Shown here: positions 13,160 through 22,659 of the stretch, piece by piece
How positions within the stretch are numbered: position 1 is the stretch's first letter
Layout: each line of letters starts with the position of its first letter
Assembly (NCBI RefSeq): GCF_964213995.1
Contig: NC_135811.1
Location: forward strand, 25,544,001-25,608,000
Direction: 5' to 3'
Source of the DNA: Mustelus asterias
Lineage: Eukaryota
Length of the DNA stretch: 64,000 bases
Program-made: the position numbers and the translations under genes
The notes under the pieces: model-generated
Told to the model about the DNA's origin: nothing
Seen by the model: only the letters and a program-made list of their open reading frames with translations
Database searches by the model: none

Positions 13160-13975
13160 GCAGCATAGATAAAAGAAATCCAGTAAATGTGGTATACCTG
13201 GATTTCTAAAAGGCATTTGCAAAGAACTCCCACAAAGACAAGATAACAAGATAAGGGGTGGGATTTTTCAACACTCCCACCACCACCCCCCTCCTGTTTT
13301 GCAGAATGGACGTGGCCTGCCATTTGTCGGTGGCAGGATAATTTGGTCCCGCTGCTGTCAATGGGTTTCTCCGTTGTTCACACCCTGTGCCACTAGGAAA
13401 CCGTGGTGGGGAATGGGTGGGAGGGTGGGGTTGCCGTTGACGGGATCGGAAGATCCTGCAGGCAGGACCAGCCGGAAAATTTCAGCCAGGAACTAATGGA
13501 GTTGTGAATAATCTAGTTGGCATAAATGGGCCTTCACATGTGGGCAGCCGAGTGGAATGCCACAAGCATCAGTACTGGGGCTGCAGCTATTTCCAACGGC
13601 ATTAATGATTTAGACAAAAAGAGTAATATTTCCAATTTTGCTGACGATACAAAGCTAAGAAGAAATGTAAATTATGAGGCGGGCATAGAGAGACTGCAAA
13701 GAGATACAGATAGTTTAAGTGAGTGTGCAACAAGATGGCAGGTGGAATATAACACGGGCCAGTGAGGGTCTATTCAGTTTGTGCGCAAGAATAGAAAAGC
13801 TGAATATTTAGGCATGAAACTTGTAAACATTGATGTTCAGAGAGACTCAAATACGCTTGTACAAAGATCTCAGAAGTTAGCATGCAGATACAGCAAGCAA
13901 TTACGTCTTGACAGCAAGAGGATTGGAGTACAGGAATAAAGGGGTCTTGTTACAATTGGCACAGGGCTTTGATGA
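13160..13975 (+). mobile_element. Decayed CR1 LINE RT region with a MITE inserted at ~13255-13490
   Basis: INDLDKKSNISNFADDTKL...LQRDTDSLSECATRWQVEYN in ORF 13526-13765. Confidence 0.8.
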
Positions 13976-14457
13976 GAGGTGGAATTTATTATGGGCAGCA
14001 GAGATCCCAACATCTGAAACCAAAACTGGTGCCAGCCCCACCGACCCAAACCCTGGAAGACCTGACGGAATGAAGTGCCTAATTGGCAGCCACCAGCTTC
14101 CCAGCACTACAGAGTACATTAACTTGCAGTGCCATTCAGTGTGTGGCGCATGTTCCGTCCCTGAGAACTGCTGGCCTATCAGAAGTCAGCTTCTCCAGTA
14201 CTGACAACGCCACCAGGAGCAGTGGCCACTGCTGGTACTGTACTGGGGCCCAATGCATGGAACATCAACAGAGCCTTCAAAAGAGGTAAGTCGGGTGGGA
14301 TGGGCGGGGGGGCTCATCTGAGGGGAGAAGGGTGTCCCTATAGAAAGGTCAGGGGTGTGGTTTCATCCAGCTCCCCATTTTCCTTCCTGGTGTCAAGTCC
14401 TGCATTCAAGAACAGAGTGCTTGAGTAAAAGGAACCCAACAGGGTTTGCTGTGTGGT

Positions 14458-14590
14458 TGATGCGCGATTAATCCACTCGGGAGGCTAGATCGTACCCGGG
14501 AATAAAGGCTTTTATTAGCAACAAGAATAGAGCATACTGCTTAACAATACAATCCCAGACTAAGGGGTCACTGGGAAGTGCAGTGACCTT
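14458..14590 (-). repeat. Gypsy 3' LTR remnant (R-U5 side only, truncated at the TATA box by the ERV LTR)
   Basis: 133 bp matching the 5' LTR with 4 mismatches; contains minus-strand AATAAA at ~14511-14516. Confidence 0.9.
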
Positions 14591-15362
14591 TGAAGTCGGA
14601 AAATATACCTCTTGAGGCTGGTATGAGTCAAAATACAGTCAGGCTTTATTCTCACAAGCTTGAGGGAGAACCTGACCCCTTGAAAGCGGAAGCCAAAGTT
14701 CTCTCTGAACACAAGAAGCGTGGATATTTATACATCAGGGTTCCCAATACAAGCCATAAAACAAAGTCCAGTTAACAGTCCTTGATCATAAATTATAGTT
14801 CCTTTCACAGCTTCTGATAGTCTCTGGATCATGGTTAGAGACCATCTGGTATCCTTGGGTCATAAAGCACAATTCTCCTGGTCGTCGTAGCCAAGGTGCC
14901 ACCTCTGGTCCCCTGCTCTTCCCGCAGCTTTTCCTTTGAAGTGACTGAGTACGAGTGCAGCTGTCCCAGTGGGAGTCCTCCTTCAAACGGCCATTCTCGC
15001 ACTCTACCATTTGGTAGCTGCTTCCTTTGTTTAAATCATAGACAAGCCTACGGGAAAGAAAGACTAACATCTATATTCAACTGTCTGTTTTATCAGAATG
15101 ATATAAACAAGCGAGGGAACCATGAACAAATGGCTTATACTAAAAGTAAAAGATGAAACCAAGAACAAATGGCTTATACTACTAAAACTAAAAGATGAAA
15201 GATATGAACAAATGGCTTATACTACTACCAGGAGCAATATAAACAAAGGGGAGACTAGCCATAAGGAAGAGTTATGTTTGTGATACATTCCAGGTACAAA
15301 GTTCAACCTTTTAGGTACAAAATACATTGAGTACAAAAAACATTAACCCTTTCCCTTCTTCA
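14591..15362 (-). repeat. ERV 3' LTR (772 bp)
   Basis: Inverted termini TGAAG...CTTCA; preceded on the minus strand by PPT AAAAGGGGGG-AT (15363-15374); TATAAAT ~14726-14732; AATAAA ~14645-14650; three U3 direct repeats GAACAAATGGCTTATACTA at 15124-15225. Confidence 0.88.
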
Positions 15363-15412
15363 ATCCCCCCTTTTGGTCAGAGGCCAAGTGCAAACATGGC
15401 CCCATGACCAAT

Positions 15413-17125
15413 TTAGAGCCAAATGTTACCAGCATATGGGCCTACCCCCTTTGTCAGGAAGTCTGCCCTTTCTGCCTGCACGCTTGCACTTGGCATAATC
15501 CGGGCTGTTACCGTTTTACAACAAGCGTTCAATAACGCCATACAAATACAACATGCGATAACAATGACAATTAATACAATTAACCCGTGCATCAAGTATG
15601 ATCCCCACGACCCAAACCATTGCCCCAGCCATCCCGGAGGGTTATAATTATGATATTGGCTCCCTTCACCTTGTATTGTCATCGCCACTCATTTGATATG
15701 ATCTGCCAAACGAGTTATATTTTCCGAACCATCTGGGATATATGTGCAGCATTCAGATCCAATTACAGCGCGCGCTCCTCCCTGAGAAGCCAACACATAA
15801 TCGAGTGCCAATCGGTTCTGTAAAGCAACAGTCCGGATAGCTACAACTTCGGCTGATACTTCAGAGATGGCAGTGCTCACCTCCCCGAACCCGTCTCTAG
15901 TTTCATTCGCAATTCTCTCTAAGGTCGAGGCCATATGTATAAGTTCCTGAGCTGCTTTTGCTGTCCCGTAAAGTGGGAAAGCTATCATGAAGAACCGTTC
16001 TGTCTCAGTAATGGCTCGCTTAGTCCTAAGCAGGTGTATCTCGGGGTGGTCCCGTAAGTCGGTGTAATGGTGAATATAGGGTACCACATATGCCAAATAA
16101 CATGATCCTGCCCAATCCCAAGGAAGCCATGGGTAGGCATTGTTCCCGCAAACAAAATAGGTACCATTATATGCAGTCGTGCTGTTCATATAAGTAGAGG
16201 AGAGGCTGACCAGGACGTCAGCAGTGGGGCAATGGACTGTAATCTGTTGCACCAAAAGCCAGGCACCACTGGTGACATTAATCTGCTGGGTACAGTAGCT
16301 ATGGCCCACAGGTATGGTTCCATTCCTTACCAGGCAGATAGATCCCCCTTGTCGATTTTCCACAATGAAGTGGGGTGGGGAATCTGATCTATCATAGCTA
16401 GGCTGGTAATGGTTCGTAAAGGCTGAAAGAGTGCATCCTCCGCCTCCTAACCCCAAAACAGCATCGCTGTCGCTGACATTGAAAGTACCTTGCATAGTAG
16501 TACCTGATGGGGTTTTAAATGCGACTTTCCTTGTCCCGTTCTGGGTTCCATTTTGATTCAAAACCCACTCCACCATTTCCGGAGTTGACAAAGGGATAGG
16601 GAATAAAGGACTTCCCCCATTTCCTCCGTGCGTGGGAATGTGTGAGCAGACCCAGCACTTGCTCAAATTTGACTGTAATGCATGCAAGTGAGACATATAC
16701 ATGAAAGTGTTCACAGGATGGGGCCTGATTTTAGAGGATTGGTACAATGAGCGCTTGGATCGGCCAAATCTCGTGTTACTGTACTCATCCTCCCGAGCCT
16801 TCCGCTGATGCCGGGTACAGGTTGATCCCAGTCGCTCAGCCAAACACCGAAAATTCCAGATACACCAAGTTACATTGCATGGGAAACCCTAATCACCTTG
16901 CCCCTCCAACAGAGTTGGCAACATGGTATGGTTAAGAAATCCTGAGCAGTGGTCCCTACGGGTAACCTCCCAGGGACCTATTCCATGTGTCGGAAGGTTA
17001 CAATAGACAGACTCATCGTTACAGAGATGCTTGCGATGCTCTGCCCCCAAGTCTACACAACTCCACCTATACTTCCCCTCCGTAACTAGCAGGGCAAGGG
17101 TCGTGAGAAGCAGCAAGAAAATCAT
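15413..17125 (-). pseudogene. env: ERV envelope glycoprotein (gamma-type env) with one frameshift and one nonsense codon
   Basis: Signal peptide MIFLLLLTTLALLVT (17125); frameshift ~16850-16900; SU CWVC motif; furin site RTKR then fusion peptide; immunosuppressive domain LQNRLALDYVLA; CX6CC degenerate as RAVIGSECC; in-frame TGA at 15689-15691; TM anchor LIVLIVIVIACCIC. Confidence 0.9.
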
Positions 17126-17219
17126 CCTGTCACTTAACTAATAACCCGCGCGACTGTTATACAATGGTCCAAAGGCTATACCGCCCGCGCGCCACTGCCC
17201 GCGAACCCGTTCAGCTTGC

Positions 17220-17949
17220 TTAGAGGTCAACCGTCTCGTGTATCTGTGAATTGAGCACATTACATAATTTTTTGCATTTGGCACTGGTATATTCTTTTAA
17301 TTGAGTCCAATGTTTCCAGACACCCCTGCCCTGCATATCCACACAGGCACAAGTATCGCCACTAATTATGACCTTATAGGGGCCATTCCATTTGGGGGCG
17401 AACCCAGGTTTCCCAGGTAACGTCTTCACCATAACCTTGCTGCCCGCCGGAGGTACCTCAGGGGTCTGTTCTAATTTATTTTGCTCATCCTTCACTACTT
17501 GGTTTTCCCTTACTGCTTTTCACATATCCTTCAGTTGGGCGCTTAATTCTAAAACATATCGTCTAATTCTATCCCGTAATGGGCCTACATCCGCCCCACC
17601 GGTAATAATGGACTCGGGCAGTTGCATAGCCCTTCCGGTCATTAACTCATATGGTGTCAACCCAGTGGTTCGATTCGTAGTGGCTCTAAGCTTCATTAAT
17701 ATAATGGGTAACACCTCGGTCCATCCCTTTCCTGAGTCCTGCATGGCCTTAGCTAGGGAGGTCTTGAGTGTTCTATTCATACGCTCCACCATTCCCGAAC
17801 TTTGAGGATGGTAGGGTATGTGAAATTTCTGTTTTATCCCCATAAGTTGACAAATGGTTTTTACTACCCTTCCCATGAAGTGGGTGCCCTGATCAGAGTC
17901 TATTTGTAACGGTACCCCCCACCTTGGGATAACTTCCTCAGCTAATATT
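17220..17949 (-). pseudogene. pol: ERV pol integrase C-terminal half (5'-truncated)
   Basis: ILAEEVIPRWGVPLQIDSDQGTHF...HIPYHPQSSGMVERMNRTLK...GLTPYELMTGR; in-frame TGA at ~17520; GPY/F motif PKWNGPYKV. Confidence 0.9.
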
Positions 17950-20900
17950 GTGACCGTGGTGTTCCTCTCTCCAAGGTGGTGACCAGTGACTCCTCCAGTT
18001 CCTCACGCACGGGTGGACCTCGAGGTGGCAACAATCTCCTGGACTCAGGCAAGCTGTACACGGGAGTAAGAGGATTAAGTGGAGGTCCCGATACTGCCCG
18101 CGCCGTGTCAGGGGGGGAGAGAATGGGCAAAGGAACCCTAACCAGGGGTGCGGGAGTGACGGGGGTTTCCAGGTCCCCTGCAGGCGCCAGATCTCGGATA
18201 GAGACCATGTCCTCTCGCCCGTCAGGATATGCTACATAGGCATATTGAGAGTTGGCGTGGAGGAGGTGGACCTGTTCAACCAAAGGGTCGGACTTGCGGG
18301 TCCTAACATGCCGCCACAGGAGGACAGGTCCTGAGTACATCAACCAAGACGGCAGGGAGGTCCCAGAGGAAGACTTCCTAGGGAAGGTAAACATCCGCTC
18401 ATGTGGGGTAGCATTGGTTGCCGTACACAGGAGGGACCGGATTGAATGGAGCGCATCAGAAAGTACCTCTTGCCAACGGGAGACTGGAAGACCCCTAGAC
18501 CTTAACGCCAGTAAGACAGCCTTCCAGACTGTAGCGTTTTCTCTTTCGACCTGCCCGTTACCCCTGGGGTTGTAACTCGTAGTCCTACTTGAGGCAATTC
18601 CTTTAGAGAGCAGGTATTGGCTCAAGTCGTCGCTCATAAACGACGAACCCCTATCACTGTGGATATAACTGGGGTAGCCGAACAGGGTAAAAAGTCTCCG
18701 CAGGGCTTTGATGACCGTGGCAGCGGACATGTCAGAACAGGGAATGGCAAAAGGGAATCGGGAGTACTCGTCAACCACGTTGAGGAAATACACATTCCGA
18801 TCTGTTGAAGGAAGGGGGCCCTTGAAATCAACACTCAGTCGTTCAGCAGGGCGAGTGGCCTTAATGAGGTGTGCCCTGTCAGGTCGGTAGAAGTGCGGCT
18901 TGCATTCAGCACATACCTGGCAGCTTCGAGTTATCGACCTGACATCCTCCACTGAGTAGGGCAGATTCCGGGCCTTTACAAAATGGAAGAGCCGAGTGAT
19001 CCCCGGATGGCAGAGATCATTGTGGAGGGCCTGTAGCCGGTCCTCCTGCACACTGGCACATGTTCCACGCGACAGGGCATCTGAGGACTCATTGAGCTTC
19101 CCCGGACGGTACAGGATATCATAGTTGTAGGTGGAGAGTTCGATTCTCCACCTCAAGATTTTATCATTCTTAATTTTACCCCTTAAAGTGTTGTTGAACA
19201 TGAATGCCACGGACCGCTGGTCCGTGAGCAGGATAAATCGTTTTCCAGCCAAATAATGGCGCCAATGCCGTACGGCCTCCACAATGGTCTGAGCCTCTTT
19301 TTCCACAGAGGAGTGCCGAATTTCAGGGCCTTGGAGGGTGCGAGAGAAAAAGGCGACGGGCCTGCCTGCCTGGTTAAGTGTGGCAGCCAGGGCGAAATCA
19401 GATGCATCACTCTCCACCTGGAAGGGGATGGACTCATCGACAGCTTTTATCCCTTCAAAGGCTAAGCGAGCCTCTGCTGTTAGGGGAAAAGAGGTAGATT
19501 TTATGAGCGGACGGGCTTTGTCCGCATAATTGGGAACCCACTCGTAATACGAGAAGAAGCCTAAGCATCTTCTCAGTGCTTTGATGCTAGTGGGTAGGGG
19601 AAGTTCAAGGAGGGGACGGATACGGTCTGGATCGGGGCCGATGTCCCCGTTTTCCACCACGTATCCGAGGATTGCTAGGCGGTGCTTGCTGAATACACAC
19701 TTCTCCCTGTTATAGGTCAGATTCAGGCGAGACGCAGTGCGTAAAAACTTCAGGAGGTTGGCGTCGTGGTCCTGCTGGTCATGGCCGCAGATAGTGACGT
19801 TGTCCAGGTACGGGAAGGTAGCCCGTATCCCGTTTTGGCCCACCATTCGGTCCATCTCACGCTGGAAGACCGAGACCCCATTAGTGACGCCAAAAGGGAC
19901 CCTTAAGAAGTGGTAGAGACGGCCATCCGCCTCAAAGGCCGTGTATTTTCGGTCCTCTGGGCGAATGGGGAGCTGGTGGTAGGCTGACTTCAAGTCGATG
20001 GTGGAGAACACCCGGTACTGCGCAATCTGGTTGACCATGTCAGATATGCGTGGGAGAGGGTACATGACCAGCTGCGTGTACCTATTAATGGTCTGACTAT
20101 AGTCTATGACCATCCGGGGCTTGTCTCCAGTCTTAACCACCACGACTTGTGCTCTCCATGGGCTAGTGCTAGGTTGAATGATCCCTTCCCTGAGGAGCCA
20201 CTGAACCTCAGATCGAATAAAGATCCGATCTTCAGCACTGTAACGCCTGCTCTTAGTTGCGATGGGCTTGCAGCCTGGCACGAGATTTTCAAATAAAGAA
20301 GGCGGGGTAATTTTGAGTGTCGAGAGACTGCACGTGGAGCACGTTGGGCAATTTGGAGGCTGCTGTTCTCCCACTGAAAGTGGAGGGAGTGGCCCATCGT
20401 ACTGCAGGGTCACACTCCTCAGGTGGACCAAAAAGTCTAGTCCCAGGAGTACCGGAGCGCAAAGGTGCGGTAACACGAGGAGCCTGAAGTTCTCATAAAC
20501 TGTGCCCCGCACCGTTAGAGTTACCACGCAGCTCCCAAGAACGGTAACAGATCGGGACCTCGACGCCATAGAGATTGTCTGCCTGACAGTTTGTACGCGG
20601 AGAGCGCACCGTTTCACGGTATCCGGATGAATGAAACTCTCCGTGCTCCCGCTGTCAAACAGACAATGTATCAGGCGTCCATTTACCTCTATGTCCATCA
20701 TGGACTTGTCGAGTCTGTGAGGCTTGGCCTGGTCCAGGATGATTGACGCCACTGTTGGATCCCGAGTACAACTGCAGGCAGCTGAGATGGTCGACGATGA
20801 GGACCCCTGCTGGTCGTCTGCGGCCGGTGTCGACCAAAATGGCTGCGCCCATGGATTGCACGTGGTCGATGGCATTGAAAGTGGCGGCACCCGCAGGTCG

Positions 20901-21807
20901 CACGTGTTTTGCGTCGTCGTCATCAGGAATGGCGGCGCCCGTGAATCGCACGTGGTTGAAGACATCGACGAAGCTGGAGACGAGGAGACGGATCCTGGGG
21001 AGTCACACGCAGCACTGTTTGGCTTCGAAGGGGGCTTCGCTCGGCACACTTTAGCATAGTGCCCTTTCTTTCCACAAGCGGAGCAAAATACCGTCCTGGC
21101 CAGACATCTCTGGCGAGGGTGCTTCGCCAATCCACAGAAATAGCACCGTGGGCCTCCTGGAGTTGCCGCAGCCGTCAGGTCCGAGGTTGAAAGCACGATC
21201 GCGCAGTTCCTAGGAGTCGCTGGGTAGAGTTGAGTCGGTGGCTGTACTTCCCACGATGTTCCCACGTGGTCGGTGGGGTAAGTTTCAAGACTTCTGGAGG
21301 CCGTTTCCATCGCATCAGCCAATTCAACCGTCTTAGCTAGGTCCAAGTTACCCTGCTCTAGCAGCCGCAGGCGAATATAGGATGAGCCGATTCCCGCCAC
21401 GAACGCATCTCGGATCAGATCGTTAGTGTATTGAGTAGTCGACACTGGCTTGCAATTGCAGGCTCTGGCTGCTGCTGAAGTTCGCGCTGGTACTGTCCCG
21501 TCGTTTCGCCGGGCTGCCGCCGTCGAGTGGCTAGTAGGTGACGAGCATGAATCTCGTTTGGCGGTTTATGGTACAGCTTCTTGAGTAATTCGATGGCCTC
21601 TTTGTAGTCTTGGGAATCACGGATTGTTGCATATACAGTGTCACTTACCCTTGCGTGGAGGACCCGCAATTAATCGGCGTCGTTTTGGACTGCTGTTGAG
21701 GCGTCGATATAATCCTGGAAACACTTCAACCAATGGTCGAAAGTGTTCGACGCTCCAGCGGCACGCGGATCTAAGGTTAGCCGATCGGGTTTCAGCATCT
21801 GCTCCAT
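17942..21807 (-). pseudogene. gag-pol: Gypsy gag-pol polyprotein (capsid, 2x CCHC, protease, RT, RNase H, integrase), with an 1167-aa open segment
   Basis: ATG at 21807 (MEQMLKPDRL...); TAA at ~21670-21672; frameshift ~21470; then ORF 17942-21445 with CYFC..H..C and CSAC..H..C, LFDSGS protease, RT (DLKSAYHQ, PFG, YLDN), RNase H (ESDAS, EKEA), IN (HNDLCH..C..C, VDFKGP, SDRG, VERE); PR-RT-RH-IN order. Confidence 0.95.
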
Positions 21808-21842
21808 TTTTTTTTCAAAACAAAATTTGTTGCTCATAAAAT

Positions 21843-22279
21843 TGATGCACGATTAATCCACTCGGGAGGCTAGATCGTACCCGGGAATAAAGGCTTTTAT
21901 CAGCAACAAGAATAGAGCATACTGCTTAACAATACAATGTTTGTGAACAGAATTCCCACTCACCTGAAGAAGGGGCTAAGAGCTCCGAAAGCTTGTGTGG
22001 CTTTTGCTACCAAATAAACCTGTTAGACTTTAACCTGGTGTTGTTAAACTTCTTACTAACAATACAATCCCAGACTAAGGGGTTACTAGGAAGTGCAGTG
22101 ACCTTTATACTCCTATAGGAAGGCGGAGCCAACCGGAGTGTACCACAGAACAATGCTAACAGGTGGAACACCCCAACCCTAACCCCAACAGTAACAAGAG
22201 TAACATATGTACAAGTACCCATAGTGATAACCATCTATGGTTCAGTACCCATAGTGGTAACCATCTATGGTTCACCACA
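21843..22279 (-). repeat. Gypsy 5' LTR, interrupted by a Penelope fragment
   Basis: TGTGGTGAACC...GTGCATCA on the minus strand; TATAAA ~22104-22109; 30-bp tandem duplication at 22214-22273. Confidence 0.9.
21939..22056 (+). mobile_element. Penelope-like pLTR fragment with minimal hammerhead ribozyme
   Basis: TSD TAACAATACAAT (21927-21938 and 22057-22068); CAC-CTGAAGA-AGGGGCTAAGAGCTCC-GAAA-GCTT-GTG; absent from the 3' LTR copy. Confidence 0.85.
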
Positions 22280-22659
22280 GTGGTTAACTAGCATAATAAG
22301 TCACCTTGAATGTGTTAATTAATGTGCAAAGCAATAACCGGGAACTGCTTCAGTCACACAATTATCAACTCAGTTTATGGTTTCAGTTTCCTGGAATAAA
22401 ATATTTAATGCTGTGGTAAATGCATATTGGAACATGAAAAACTGGCAAATCAGACTTATTGCCGAGGAATATGTTCTACAAGTCATGGTTTAAAATTACT
22501 GGCACCTAAAGCAGCCCCAGATGCTTCATTAATTCATAATCGAGAAATTGGTTCATGGCAACTTGAGGGTGTGAACTGAGCTCAGGATCCAATGAAGGAC
22601 CGTGCTCCTGTGACAATAACTCATTTTATAAAGTGGCCCTTTGGCAAGCACTAGGTCCC

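Larger units (their letters stand above)
14458..22279 (-). mobile_element. Ty3/Gypsy LTR retrotransposon carrying an internal ERV 3' half (composite element)
   Basis: Termini TGTGG...CATCA on the minus strand; 5-bp TSD GTGGT at 14453-14457 and 22280-22284; paired LTR sequence at 14458-14590 and 21843-22279; gag-pol inside. Confidence 0.92.

Noticed and set aside
15689-16843. Domesticated syncytin-like env gene
   Set aside because: Frameshift after the signal-peptide region, nonsense codon before the TM anchor, broken CX6CC, and still in proviral context
14458-22279. Claim that this copy itself retrotransposed as an env-bearing chimera
   Set aside because: Reverse transcription would give matching LTRs at both ends, but the 5' LTR is pure Gypsy and the 3' end is ERV LTR plus Gypsy remnant, so this copy was most likely assembled in situ
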